Below are positions 29,700 through 44,025 of a DNA stretch of 64,000 nucleotides, one piece after another. This DNA comes from the human T2T-CHM13v2.0 reference genome, Homo sapiens. Each line of letters begins with the position of its first letter. Within the stretch, counting starts at the first letter, position 1. Position numbers and translations under genes: made by a program. The DNA lies in assembly GCA_009914755.4 (NCBI GenBank), contig CP068257.2, positions 39,936,001 to 40,000,000 of the forward strand, written 5' to 3'. Under the pieces are notes generated by a model. It saw only the letters and a program-made list of their open reading frames with translations, searched no databases and had not been told where the DNA came from.

Positions 29700-32600
29700 A
29701 CCTTTGCGGTAGTCAGTTGGTTAGATGCATGTCACAGATCCTTCCCACACTCATGGGGAAGGAATTGAACAAGGTCATGAACTCCAGGATGGGGGCGGCT
29801 TACTGAGGCCATTTGAAGAGTCTGTCCACCACAAATATAAAGCTGGGAAAGGCTATAATATACCAGCGAAACCAAAACAAATAAATAGAATTTTAACATG
29901 TAAAGGACAAAGAAATTATTCTGGGAATAGAGGAAATTGTCAAAAAATTATTATGAATTTGTACATTCTTAAAACCAAAACAGCATGATGTAAAAGAAAA
30001 GCAATCAAAAATAAGAAAGCACATATGAAAAATGTTAATCCAATAGTTGAACTATTTTAATAATCAATCATAAATAAAGACAGGAAAACTTCCAAGACAG
30101 TAGAGACTCATCATGTTTCTAATTTTTTTCATCAACATATTCAATAAAAAATAAATAGAGTGTATGCAGGACTTCAAAGTTATGATGGTAAATTCTACAA
30201 GAAATGAGGAGTGATTAATTATCTTTGAGGAATTGGGTGGGAGTGAGAGAAGGATAAGCTGTTTTATGATATCTTTTAATAGTAGATACAGTTCTTAAAT
30301 ATATGATTATATTGCTTTAACTTTAAAAAAAAATAGACAATGACAGTGCCAGGACTTTAACTTCAAGAATGAAAAACAAATCTAAGAGAACCATAGAATG
30401 GCATTACCTTGACAAATATAACCTGTTCTATATTTTGGCTCCCTGTCCTATGGATTCAGATCCCTGGCTTTTCAATGAATGCATCTGTAGTAGTAGACTC
30501 ACATTAATCAATGTAACAGAGACTGATGTATAAACCGTAACACTAACTTACAATTTATAGTGAAGTACACAATCACCAGAGACCATTTTTCTTCATAGAG
30601 AGCCTAGGAATCCAAACTATAATCAGAGAATTGCAATGGTAGATCTGGGCTCACAACAAGGGAGTCAGCTGGATAAATGGGATATATGGAATCTTTTGAT
30701 GGAAGAGTCTTGTTTAGGGTATGGGAATATTTATCGTCCTTGCCCCTAGACTAAGTTTCTATAGGCCCAGCCAATCTTTGTCTCTGTGACCCTCCTTTTA
30801 CTCTGCTTACTTGGCTGATAAAATTGGCCCTTCATTTACACACCTAATTGATTAAGACATGACATCATTCAGGTCGTTGTCAAGTTAAGCTTTCCTGGGC
30901 ACTACTCTGTGTCATTAAGAAAGGTTTGCACATCTTTGCCCTGATCAGCTACTTCTGTATTGTAAGGTTTAACTCTCAGGGAACAATCGTAGTTTGACTA
31001 TTTTCAAGTGGTTAAGAAATCATTCCACTATTTTCCCAAAGTACCAAAATAGATATTAATAGAATATTGGCTAAGATAACCCTGTTTCCAATATTAATTG
31101 ATTAGTCTATTTTAAAATAACTCTGTTTAGAACTACTTTAAGTTATCTTTAATTAAAAACAGAGGCTTTTACTCTCTACTTATTTGATAGTGATTAATGA
31201 GCACTTTAAAAGTGCTTCATCTTCCTAAGAATTAAGCTCAGAAAAAACTCTAAACTCCCCATAAAATAAAGAGAAGAAATAAATTATTTTCTCAGCTGCT
31301 ATCTCCTCAAATATTGCTTCTGTCCATTTTCTTTCTTCTCTCATCCTGAAACTCTGGTCCTTTCGCCATGTATTTCAAGTCTAATATTCTCTCTTGTCTT
31401 TCTCATCTTTAGTCTCTGCTTGCTTAAATCTGGCTATTTTCTTGTGGTCTATCTTCCAGTTTAATAATTCTCTCTTCAGCTGTTTCCATTCTGTTGTAAA
31501 ACATGCTCCTTGCATTTTTAATTTGTTATTGTATTTTTCAGTTCTAGAATTTCTTTTTTTCCCCCAAAGCTGCTCTAACTTCCACAGATGAATATGTTTG
31601 GTATTCTATTAATATTTTAAATCTTGTTTTTCATATCCTTGAACACCATAAACACAATTATTTTGGAGACTGTGTCTGATAATTATTTTATTTAGGGTGC
31701 TTGTGTGCCAGATCTTTCTGCTAGTTCTAAGTTAGGTTGTCACGTCTCCTGTGCTTCTGGCAATCTTTGATAAAATGCCAAACAAGTATTTAAGAGATTG
31801 CTTAGAAACAATTTGAGACTTGATAGGATGTTGCTTTCTCCAGAGATTATTTTCTTTTATTTCAGCCAGGTGCCTGGAGATACCATCAATCTGGGATTAC
31901 CTTAATACAATTTCAGTGGTGATATTTTTTAGGGCCACTCAGGTGTCTTGAAGCTGAGACAAGTATATGGGAGAACAGGTTTACCTTTAGTTCCTCCTTA
32001 CTCCTCACTCAAAAGAGTTGGGATCCCAACTCAGTTTCAGGGTTTTATGAAGGCCTTAATCTTGGCAGAACTTGGACTCCTGCACTTGACTTCCTGCCTC
32101 ATGAGGGAGCCAAAAGTGTTGCTCGGCTTCCCAGCCTCCTCTTCCTGAAAAAGCAGAAACCCCCAGACACAGCCAGCACCCGATGCCAGCTGCACTTCTC
32201 TAGATTTCTTTCTTTTCCTAGATCTTCATCCAGACAGTGTTACCACCTTGTTACAGCTCCAATTCCTTTAAACACTTTTAAAAGACATTTTATTCAGCTT
32301 TAGAGTTGTTTTCATTTGGATTATTGATCCAAATTATCTAGTCAGTCCAAATAACTAGAGGTGGAAATCACTTAAAACTCTGATGAATAAAGATGAGTGA
32401 TGTGTCCTTTTTCCATGAATACATTTCTCCAAGCCTCAGTTTTAAAATGTTCCATACTTTAAATATTTACACTTCAGTTTACAATCTATAACCACCCACT
32501 TTAATAAACTCAAAGTCCAAAGTGTTAATTAGGACTCACACCACAGCAGTTTTTTTTTCCTTGCCATTCATTCAACATTCTTGCCCATAACCTGAACATC
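29700..32600. mobile_element. AT-rich block, probably ancient degraded LINE-derived sequence (orientation and family not resolved)
   Basis: 36-40% GC with no Alu. Stretches such as 31400-31560 (tctgcttgcttaaatctggctattttcttgtggtctatcttccagtttaataattctctcttcagctgtttccattctgttg) resemble antisense L1 ORF1/5' sequence as seen at 41150-41340. This is an inference only. Confidence 0.3.
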
Positions 32601-35024
32601 CTCAAACAAGAAATGGGGTTCATTCCTAACAAGAAAAACACTTAGATGGATAAACAGTTGTGTCTATTCAGATGGGACACAGCTCAGAGTTTTAAGAGAG
32701 GGTTTGTAATATGAACACACTCATGCACAGCTCTGCTGTTAGATGTGGGTTGTGTAGGATCATGAGGAGGTCTTTGGCTTTTAGCATGGCACAGTTAGTC
32801 TTTACCAGATGTGGGGAGTGGGGAAGAGAGGGCTTGAAGTGGATGTATCTGATGGTAAGAGATGGTCACAGGCCATGCCTCTCCCTAATCTCCCTCCTCT
32901 CTGCTTACAGAAAACCCATGCCTGCTCCATGAACCCAGCTTTTCTTCACCAGCCATTGGCAGCATGAATCCATGGCATGCAAAGCTAAAGGGGGTCAAAG
33001 GTTGGAACTGAGATCTGGGGTGGGGTACAATAAAAGGGCTTGGCTGCCAGAGTAAATGCTCTTCTGAAGTGGCGAACAGCCATATTAGGAGGCGGTCTGT
33101 TTCTGTGATGTCAGGAGAATAGCTTTAGCAGCTGTGATTGTGCGGTCAGACAAAGCTAGGAGAGATTCCTGTATTCAACGGCATTTCATTTTACAATCTA
33201 TAAGGTGTGGGGCCCTAAAAGGGAAAATATAAAAATGTGGGATTGCCATTCAATTCAAGGGTCTTTAGGACTCATGCTAAAGCAAAGCCCAATCTAGTGA
33301 AAGAAGCACAGAGCAGGTGGAGAGCTCAGACTTCCACAAGAAGACAGAGGAATCAATCAAGTCTCTTTCCTGAGGACTTTGGCTGACGACTTGCCCTTTG
33401 CTTAACTTTTGGGGTCCATGACATGGTGCCTCCATGAAGAGGTTTAGAAGAAGGCCAGCACAGCCAGCAGCTGGAGGAGGGACAGGGGGGATTTTGGGGA
33501 GTCTTCGAGCCAGATACTGAGAGGGAGAAAGAGAATTTGGATTTTAAGTAGTTTTTCTGTGTGCTATGGAATAGCTTGTTCTGTTTTATGAGAATGTATA
33601 AAGACATACAGAGCTTCTTCCTTTCTTCCTGTTTACTTTTAGTCATCTGCCAGTGTTTTCTGAATACCAAACCTTGTGAAGATGAGCGTTGGGAAAGGAG
33701 TAGGAAGGTCCCAATTTGGAATTTTGACATCCTAAAAGCCTTGGGTGCCGCAGAATGAGTAAGCTGGAGGGTACTGTGTAAAGACCTCGGCTACTGCAGC
33801 AGAGAAACAGATCAAAAAAGTCAAGACCGGCGAGAGGAAAGTGATTGAAAGGCCATCACTGAAAGAGGTGACAAGCTTGGATTTGGCAGGGCAGGAGGGA
33901 TGCAGAGAGGGACGGATGTGAGAGTCCACAGGAAGAAGCCTTCTGATTGAAAGGGTGCTTGGCTGTGGATGTGAGGGACAGAAAGGGGTCGAGGCTGTCA
34001 CTGAGATCCTCAGCTTCAGCAAGGGGATGCATGGTGCCTTAATTTACTGTAAGAACATGGAAGAGGCACAGGTTTAGGGGGCGATATGGAGCCCCATTGT
34101 GGAAATGCAGGGTCTGAGGAGTGCCTGGCCTTCTGCTGGCGCTGCCCAGGAGAGCACTGGAGGAGCAGACGTGGCCTCCGGGAGATGCTGAGCCAGGGCT
34201 GAGGACATGAGATGCGCAGGGAGGGCAGACACTCCCACCAGGTCAGAGGAGAGACAGGGAGGCCAGCCCTGCCAAAGCCAGGCCTCAGTTTATTTGTAGA
34301 GTGAGAGCTTGAATTTCAGGATCACAAAAGGTTTTTTCCAAGAGCCAAAAGGACTTAGTTTCTAACTGTTCTCCTCCCTCCTTTTTGTGGCTGACAATGA
34401 ACAACCTAATCCCCTTCCTTTCTGAATAATTCTCCCTGCCCAGTGACTCACCCAGGTGCAGATGAGACACAGAGCTCATGGTTGCCTCCTGTGAAGTGCA
34501 GGAAGGATGGAGCAGACAGACCCAAAAGCACTGGCCTCCCAGATGAATCAGGAGGGATGTGCAGGCTGGGTGACGTCTGCCCCGGAACCAGGAAAGTGCG
34601 GCTGCTTCCTCCACACCCCGCCCGCCGCCCAGGACCCAGGGCCCTTCTGAAAAGTGAGCATTGTGTTGTTCTTTAGACTTATTTTATATGAAAGCACATC
34701 ACGCTCTAAGAAGAGTCACCCAGGCTTTCTGTTCTCAGGTGGAGCCTCCCTACACCCTACGCACACGGCGGCTGTTCCCCACGACACAGCGGGGGGCAAA
34801 TGACCACCAGGAGCCAGGGAGTCCCAGGGAAAGGACGCAGATGGCTCGTGTCCTGGAATTTCATGGGAGCCATTTGAAATCATCAGCAAATGACGCCCGA
34901 GTCTATAAGGGACCTCAGCGCAGGGGCTGGATGAGACAGGGTGGGCAGCCACAAAACAGGGTGGTGAAGGCCCGAGGCCAGGAGGGCTGGGTTAGCACTC
35001 GGCCACCAGAGGGAAGCAAGCAAG

Positions 35025-35100
35025 CTCCCTCCCTCTCTCTCTTTCTCTCTGTCTATGTGTCTTTCTCTCTCCCTCTCTGTCTCTCTCCATCTCTCTCTCC
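35025..35100. repeat. (TC)n-rich polypyrimidine tract
   Basis: ctccctccctctctctctttctctctgtctatgtgtctttctctctccctctctgtctctctccatctctctctcc. Confidence 0.85.
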
Positions 35101-37315
35101 ACCCACACCTCCTGAGGATTGTTGGGTTTTCCCATGGACTAGGGTTAGACAGCCAGCGAGTCTGAACGGAAGGCGCCAGGTGTGGCAGTGGGGAAGTGAG
35201 GTGGGGCCTGGAACACAAGGGCAAGGGCCTCTGGGAGGACCGCGCAGGCTCGGCACACTGAGCGGACTGACTGCAGACCCTCCTCCCACACCAGGGGGAC
35301 CACCTCTCTGTGCAAAGATGTCCTCACTTGATATTCTCAATTCTTTGAGGTCAAGGTTTTATTAACACTCCCTGAAAAGTGGGAGAGCTTAGTGATAAGA
35401 CTGTATCATTTTTGCAAGACACAAAGCAAGCACAGCTGGATGGCATGTGCCAGCTCCCTCACCATGCTGAGCACTTTTACTCACATCTCACCCCTGCAGA
35501 CAGATGCCAGTGTCCTCACTCACCCACTGGGGCAGACATTATTAGTTGCCAATGCAAGACCCATTTCCTCACGTCCTAACTAATAGAACCCCAACTGTGT
35601 CCAGGCAGGTGACGTGCCCAGCTAAAAATACTCACCTTTTCAGACTCCCTTGAAGTTAGTAGCGGCCACGTGATACTTCCAACAAATAAGACATACACAG
35701 AGATCTGCTGGGGCTTCTGTGAAAACTTTTACTTCCCTGAAACGGGTACCACCTTCCTTCTCCCATTCTTTCTTCCTCCTTGAAGCACAGAAGCAATGCC
35801 TGGAGCTGCAGCGGCCATTTTGTGATTGTGAAGCAATGACCTGAGGAATGAAGGCCAACATCAAGGATGGCAAAACAGAGAGAGGAAAAGAGCAATTGTC
35901 CCCTGATGGCATGGCTGGGCCACTGCCCCAACCCTGTGAGGCCATGTGACTCCTTATTACATGAGCACAGGCTAGTCGGGGTTTGTGCTATCTGCAGGTG
36001 AATGCTTGGAGATTGTACAAAAGTTTATACTGGAGGCTTTGGAATTCAATAGAAGTAGACCTGGGTTAAAGTCAGGAGGATATTTTGGCTGTCTTTGGTA
36101 TTGTTATTGCCGATAAGGACCCACAAGGCCACCACTAATGGGGCCTCCAGACCAGAGCCGTGCTGGGAGTTTTCCCTTGTCCCTAGAGCCTACGCTTGTG
36201 GCCACATTCCTGATCATGAATGTGACATGATCATGGAGTTCTGTGGGGTTTGCTGATGAGTTGGGCACCGTGGAGGCAGAATCTCGGCTTCTCTGGACCC
36301 CAGCTGTTGTTTATTTGTTTGATGTCCTTTTGTTTTTACTAAACATTAGGATGTCTTCCGGGTCTAAACTTCTCTACTCCCAGCTCAGGGTGGCACGATG
36401 GCCATTAGATGGAGTTGGAATGAGGAGGAAGATATATCCCACTGGAAAACTTTTTCTGACTCTGATAACATGACCTTGTATCATTGGGGTTGTGGGGAGG
36501 ACTTCCACATACATAGAACACTATTTTGATCAGAGAAGTGTTTTATTTTTCTTCCTGTTTTACAAGAATGCACACTCAGTATAACTGGTATTTGTATGAA
36601 CTCAGTCACCCTGAACCCAAATATTGACATTCCAGGTGAATTAGTCCTGCACTCGGGTCTGTTGGCTCACCTCAGGTGCCAGCATGTACTCGGGAAAGAG
36701 TGCCAGGCCCAGGTGAAGAGGGCCTGGGGCTCCTGAGGACGGCTGCCCAAAGCCCATGACCCTGCTCGGCGGGGCCCCAGATAAATTACTGGCGATTCTG
36801 TCCGTGGCCCTCCCTCTGCCAGCACTCAGCCTCAGGCCAGTCCTAGTGCTGCATTCCAGCTGATGGAACAGCAGGACACACGGCCACTGCTCTGCTGGAC
36901 AGCCTTGGCTGCTCTCGTGTTCCTGCTGTGGGGCAGGAGGCAGGGCAGAGAGACTGAGGTTTGCAACTCTAACGACAGAGAACCAGATTGACTGTGTTTC
37001 GCCCCCAGATCTAGCTCAGCCCTGCTGGGTTTTCCACTCCGAGGAGGTCAGCGCCAAAGTGTTAATTTTGTATCTCTGGCTAGAGGCACAGTGCCTGCAT
37101 GCAGTAGGCGCTCAGAGTTTGTTTCATTGAGAATTTTTGTACTATTTGAAATACCGACATACTTTTGTCTTTGAAGAAAAGGGTCCTTTATGTTATTTAA
37201 ATGCAAACAGATACCTGGTGAGGCTAAAATCTTTCAGGCACTTGGTTTAAAACGCTTCAGGCTTTTAAACCATTCACATCACATGGTGTTTGGTGTTCAC
37301 CGTGGGCACATTTTA

Positions 37316-38715
37316 GGCAGAGTTTGATACACACAACACACACATGCCACACACACCACACACATATACACACACATCACACATATACACACACACCACA
37401 TACCACACACACCACGCATATACACACACACCACACACCACACATATACACACACACCACATACTACACACACCACACATACACACACACCACATACCAC
37501 ACACACCACACATATACACACACACCACATACCACACACATACACACTCCACACACGTATACACAGACCCCACACATGCCACACACATGCCACACACCAC
37601 ACGCACACCCCACACACACACCACATACCACACACACCACACATATACACACACTACATACCACACACATACACCCTCCACACACATATACACACACCCT
37701 ACGCCACACACACCACACATGCCACTCACACCACATAACACACACACACCCCCACACACACACCACATACCACACACACCACACATATACACACACACCA
37801 TATACCACACACATACACCCCCCACACACATATACATACACCCCATGCCACACACACACCACACTTGCCACACACATGCCATACACCACACACACACATA
37901 TCACACACCACACACATATACACACACACCACACATATACACACACACCACATACCACAAACGTACACCCCCACATATACACACACCCCACACTACACAC
38001 ACACCCACACACCACACATACCACACACATGCTGCACACCACACACACGCAGCCCCCCCCACACACCACACAGGCACACACATCCCACACACACACACAC
38101 CACACACTCCAGACACCCCTCACACACATACACACACCGTACACATACCACACACAAACACCCATATCACACACACACACACACACTGCACACAAACCAC
38201 ACACCCTCACCATACACAAACACACATGTGCCACACACACCACACTCACACACAAACACCACACATACAAACCACACACATGCACGCCATACACACAACC
38301 CACAGGCACATACAGACACACCACACATGCACACACCACACAACACACACAAACACCATGTACACTACACGCACATATCCCAGACATACCACATATAAAC
38401 ACAGCACACACACCACACATGCACACCCCACATACACACATACCATACACACACCACATGCACACATGCTCCCCACACAGACACACATACAATACAACTC
38501 ACACACAACATACACAACACAACACACACACACCCTCACATACACCATACACACATACCACACACACCCCGTGCATACACACATTACACTTGTGCACTAC
38601 ACCCACACACATACACATCCATACACACAAACATATGACATGTACACATAACCACACGAACCTTACACCCACATCCCACACACATGCCACACACACCACA
38701 CACACGCGTGTGAAA
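37316..38715. repeat. ~1.4-kb CA-rich composite array (imperfect (CA)n interleaved with ACAT/CCAC motifs) with ~135-bp higher-order periodicity
   Basis: The plus strand is almost entirely C/A with scattered T and G. The unit accacataccacacacaccacacatatacacacac..cataccacacacatacacc.tccacacacatatacacacaccc.a.gccacacaca recurs at about 37480, 37610 and 37745. The 471/435/342/194/177-aa ORFs here are stop-free low-complexity artefacts. Confidence 0.9.
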
Positions 38716-38815
38716 CAGGCCACGCTTGACCAAGACTAAGACGTCATGCATAGTCAGATGCTCCATGATTTTATGCACCTCTAAGCAAAAATGGCAACTG
38801 CCAGCTAAGCTACTA

Positions 38816-39218
<403 letters not shown>

Positions 39219-39584
39219 TCATTTATGGGGGATGTCATTTTGGAGAGATGAGATTTATACACTGAAATAAATTTTAAAGCCCAGACAATCCATAACGATG
39301 AACTGCATGGTTTGGTGTGGGTGATACATGTCATAGGGATTCTGGAGGGAGAAATGTCAGCTGGTGCTAAGAAGGGTCGGGGAGGTTTTTAAACAAAGGT
39401 GATCTTAGCAGAGTCCTGAAGATGAAGTCCTGGATGAGAGGAAAGCAAGGAAATGGCATCGTGGAAAATATCCTGAAGGATGTTTCGTGGGGGTTGTCCT
39501 GGGCAGCACCATGCTACTGGGAGTGCCACTCACCTGGACAGGTCACCTGGCAGGTGGGCAGCTCTGCACACCACATACCACACA

Positions 39585-39628
39585 CACCACATCCCATCCC
39601 ATCCCATCCCACCCTCATCCCATCCCAC
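39585..39628. repeat. (CCCAT)n pentanucleotide repeat
   Basis: catcccatcccatcccatcccaccctcatcccatccc. Confidence 0.85.
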
Positions 39629-39632
39629 CACT

Positions 39633-41620
39633 TTTGCTGTATCCCAGAGGTTTTGACAGGTTGTGTCACTATTATTGTTCAGTTCAAAAAATGTTTTGAT
39701 TTCTATCTTCATATCATTGTTGACCCAATGTTCATTCAGGAGCAGGTTATTTAATTTGCATGTATTTGCATGGTTTTGAGGGTTCCTTTTGGAGTTGATT
39801 TCCAATTTTATTCCACTGTGGTCTGAGAAATTGCTTGATATAATTTCAATTTTCTTAAATTTACTGAGACTTGTTTTGTGGCCTACCATATGGTTTATCT
39901 GGAGAATGTCCCATATGCTGATGAATAGAATGTATATGCTGCAGTGATAGAATGTTCTCTAAATATCTGATAGATCCATTTGTTGTAGGGTATAGTTTGA
40001 GTCCATTGTTTCTTTGTTGACTTTCTGTCTTGATGACCTGTCTAGTACTGTCAGTGGAGTATTCAAGTTCCCCACTATTACTGTGTTGCTGTCTATCTCA
40101 TTTCTTAGGTCTAGTAGTAATTGTTTTATAAACTTGGAACCTCCAGCTTTAGGTGCCTATATATTTAGAATTGTGATATTTTCCTGTTGGACTAGTTCTT
40201 TTATCATTATGTAATGTCCCTCTTTGTCTTTTTTAACTGCTGTTGCCTTAAAGTGTGTTTTGTCTGATATAAGAATAGCTACTCCTGCTCATTTTGGGTG
40301 TCCATTTGCATGGAATATGTTTTTCCACCCCTTTACCTTAAGTTTATGTGAGTCCTTATGTGTTAGGTGAGTCTCCTGAAGACAGAAGAAACTTGGTTGG
40401 TGAATTCTTATCCATTCTGCCATTCTGTATCTGTTAAGTGGAGCATTTAGACTAGCATTTACATTCAGTGTTAGTTTTGAGATGTGAGGTACTGTTCAAT
40501 TCATCATGCTATTTGTTGCCTGAATGCCTTGGTTTTTTTCCATTGGGTTAGTGTTACATAGGTCCTGTGAGATTTTTTTTAAGGAGGTTCTATTTTGGTG
40601 TATTTTGAGGATTTGTTTCAAGATTTAGAGCCCCTTTTAGCAGTTTTTGTAGTGCTGGCTTAGTGGTGAATTCTCTCAGCATTTGCTGGAGAAGACTGTA
40701 TCTTTCCTTCATTTATGAAGCTTAGTTTTGCTGGATACAAAATTCTTGGCTGATAATTGTTTTGTTTAAGGAGGCTACAGATAGGACCCCAATCCCTTCT
40801 AGCTTGTAGGGTTTCTGCTGAGAAATCTGCTGTTAATCTGATAGGTTTTCCTTTATAAGTTATCTGATGCTTTTGCCTCACAGCTCGTAAGATTCTTCCC
40901 TTCATCTTGACTTTAAATAACCTGATGACTATAGGCCTAGGTGATGAACTTTTTACAATGTATTTTCCAGGTGTTATTTGAGCTTCTTGTATTTGAATGT
41001 CTAAATCCCTAGAAAGGTCAGGGAAGTTTTCCTCTATTATTCCCTCAAATAAGTTTTCCAAACTTTTAGATTTCTCTTCTTCCTTGGGAACATCAATTAT
41101 TCTTAGGGTTGGGCATTTAACATAGTCCCAAACTTCTTGGAGTCTTTGTTCAATTTTTTTATTCTTTTTTATTTGTCTTTGACAAATTGGGTTAATTCAA
41201 AAGCCTTGTCTTCAAGCTCTAAGGTTCTTTCTTCTGCTTGTTCAATTCTATTGCTGAGACTTCCCACTGTATTTTGCATTTCTCTAAGTGTGTCCTTGAT
41301 TTCCAGAAGTTGTGACTGTTTTTTATTTACACTATCTATTTGACTGAAGAATTTTCCTCTCATGTCCTGTATCATGTTTTCAATTTCTTTAAGTTAGACT
41401 TCACTTTTCCTTGGTGCCTCCTTGATTAGCTTATAATCGACCTTCTGAATTCTTTTTCCGGCAATTCAGAGATATCTTCTTGGTTTGAATCCATTGTTGG
41501 TGAGCTGGTATAACCTTCTGGAGGTGTTAAGTAAACTTGTTTTGTCATATTAAGGGAGGAGACCACCCCTCATATTGTCTTATGCCCAATTTCCGCCTCC
41601 AAAGAAAGAAGAAGTAAAAA
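39633..41620 (-). mobile_element. LINE-1 (L1PB/L1MA-age) internal fragment, antisense: ORF2 endonuclease domain to about aa 270, inter-ORF region, ORF1, start of 5' region. The 3' two-thirds of the element is missing
   Basis: Minus-strand ORF 40660-41061 encodes IIEENFPDLSRDLDIQIQEAQITPGKYIVKSSSPRPIVIRLFKVKMKGRILRAVRQKHQITYKGKPIRLTADFSAETLQARRDWGPICSLLKQNNYQPRILYPAKLSFINEGKIQS, about 65% identical to the L1HS ORF1p C-terminus by eye. ORF 41169-41375 encodes the ORF1 coiled-coil region. ORF 39530-39889 encodes [66 protein letters not shown], matching the end of the L1 ORF2 endonuclease domain. Confidence 0.85.
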
Positions 41621-41699
41621 CTAAAAGGCAGAAATGAAATTCACAAGCAGACAGCCCAGCGCCACACCCTGGGCTTGGTAGTTAAAGATCGACCCCTGA

Positions 41700-42000
41700 C
41701 CTAATGGGTTATGTTTTCTATAGATAACAGATATTGTATAGAAAAGCACTGTGAAAATCCCTGTCCTGTTCTGTTCCATTCTAATTATCGGTGCATGCAG
41801 CCCCCAGTCACGTACCCGCTGCTTGCTCAATTGATCACGGCCCTCTCACGCAGATCCCCTTAGAGTTGTGAGCCCTTAAAAGGGACAGGAATTGCTCACT
41901 CAGGGAGCTCGGTTGTTGGAGACATGAGTCTTGCCGAAGCTCCTGACCAAATAAGGCCCTTCCTTCTTTAGCTTGGTGTCTGAGGAGTTTTGTCTGCGGC
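41700..42000. mobile_element. Possible LTR-like or L1 5'-region repeat (unclassified)
   Basis: gatccccttagagttgtgagcccttaaaagggacaggaattgctcactcagggagctcggttgttggagacatgagtcttgccgaagctcctgaccaaataaggcccttcc has the look of a retroviral LTR R/U5 region (aataa-like signal, gagctcgg). Unverified. Confidence 0.25.
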
Positions 42001-43688
42001 TTGTCCTGCTACAATATTGCTAGAATTGTTTTTCTGGTTCCTTCTCATTTGGGTAGACTACATCAGAGGGAAGATCTGGGATTCAAGGCTGCTGTTCAGA
42101 TTCTTTTGTCCCATGGGGTGCTCCCTTGAGGTGGTGTTCTCCCCCTTCCCCTAGGAATGGGGAGAGTCAAACTATAGTGATTGTTGTTGCTCTTCTAGAT
42201 CTAGCCACACAGCGGAGCTACCAGGCTCCAGGCTGGTACTGGGGAGTGTCTGCAAAGAGCCCTGTGATGTGATCCATCCTCAGGTCTTGCAACTGTAGAT
42301 ACCAACACCTGCCCTGATGGAGTTAGCAGGGGGATGAAGTAGACTCTGTGAGGGTCCTTGGTTGTGTTTTGGTTTAGTGTGCTGGTGTGTTAGTTGCCCT
42401 CCAGCCAGAAGGTGGCACTCTCAAGAGTACGTCAGCTGCAGTCCTGTAGGGAGGAAACAAACTAGCCTGAGGTACACCTGGGTATCCCTAAGTATTCAGG
42501 TTTCTCAGGCAGTGGGCAGGGCCATAGAGTTCCCAAGAGATTATGACCTTTGTCTTCATCTACCAGGGTGGATAGAGAAAGACCACCAGGTAGAGGTAGG
42601 GATAGGCATGTCTGAGCTCAGCCTCTCCTTGGGCAAGACTTGCTGTGGCTGCTGTGGGGGATGGGGGTGTGGTTCCCAGGCCAATGGAGTTATATTCCCA
42701 GGGGGATTATGGCCTCCTCTGCCGAGTCATATAGGTCGCCAGGGAAGTGGGGGAAAGCCAGCAGTCGCAGGCCTCACCCTGCTCCCATGCAGCCCACAGT
42801 CCTAAAGGCTGGTCTCACTCCCTCCGTGCACTCCCAATAGCAATAAGTCTATTTCCATGCAGCCGGTGACCAGGGCTGAGAACTTGCCCCAGACCATGAG
42901 CCTCCCCGCTGAGAAAGCAAGTGGACTCACAGGTTTTCCATGTCCCATGGAGCTTGCAGCGTTGATCCCGTTCCTTCAAAGGGTCTGTGGATTCTCTCAG
43001 CTTTCCTGGTATGTTCTTGCGGTAGTTCTTAGAGCAAAAGTTTATGATGTGAGTGTCCACACACTGCTCTGTCTGTCCGAGTGAGAGCTGCAAGCTAGTC
43101 CTGCCTCCTATCTGCCATCTGAATCCCCTCTATTTTGCAGAGAGTCCCAAAACCTCAAAAGTAGAGAAGTCAACAGTGCAGCCATCAGTGTGGCTAAAGG
43201 CCCAAGAGCCCCTGGCAAACCACTGGTGTAGGTCCAAGAGTCTAACCAAAAGCTAAAGAACTTGGAGTCTGATGTTCGAGGGCAGGAAGCACCCAGCACG
43301 GGAGAAAGATGGAGGCCAGAAGACTCAGCAAGTCAAGTCCTTCCACATTCCTCTGCCTGTTTTTATCCTAGCTGCACTGGCAGCTGATGAGATAGTGCCC
43401 ACCCAGATTGAGGGTGGGTCTACCTCTCCCATCCCACTGACTCAAATGCTAATCTCCTTTGGCGACACTCTCACAGACACACCCAGAAACAATACTTTGC
43501 ATCCTTCAATCCAATCAAGTTGACACTCAATATTAACCATTACAGTAGCAGATATATAATTTTATATGCATGTGTATATAATTGGAAATCTTTAGAGGTT
43601 ACTAGGGCAACAAAAATTTTTCAGAAAATTTATAAAAAGACAGAATAAATCATGTGCTTGGCCTTTTCTATAAAAATACCAATTCAGG

Positions 43689-44025
<337 letters not shown>

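Noticed and set aside
29700-32600. Possible gene desert versus hidden exon in the AT-rich block
   Set aside because: Composition and motif content look like ancient LINE-derived sequence. No ORF over 90 aa and no conserved-looking coding segment was found. I cannot classify it more precisely without alignment tools.
34661-35365. 234-aa plus-strand ORF, among the longest outside obvious repeats
   Set aside because: It is Pro/Arg/Gly/Ser-rich, overlaps the (TC)n tract, has no recognisable domain or splice-consistent structure, and shows GC-rich random-ORF behaviour. It cannot be supported as an exon.
37324-38739. 471-aa, 435-aa, 342-aa, 194-aa and 177-aa ORFs (His/Thr/Pro- or Cys/Val-rich) on both strands
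   Set aside because: They lie entirely within the CA-rich composite repeat. Stop codons are absent simply because the strand lacks T/G. They have extreme low-complexity composition with no start context or domain-like segments, so they are translation artefacts.
39530-41375. ORFs encoding L1 ORF1p-like (133 aa, 68 aa) and ORF2 EN-like (119 aa) peptides
   Set aside because: These are real protein homology but belong to a decayed LINE-1 (multiple stops and frameshifts, about 65% identity to active L1 by eye). They are annotated as a mobile-element remnant, not a host gene or a novel system.
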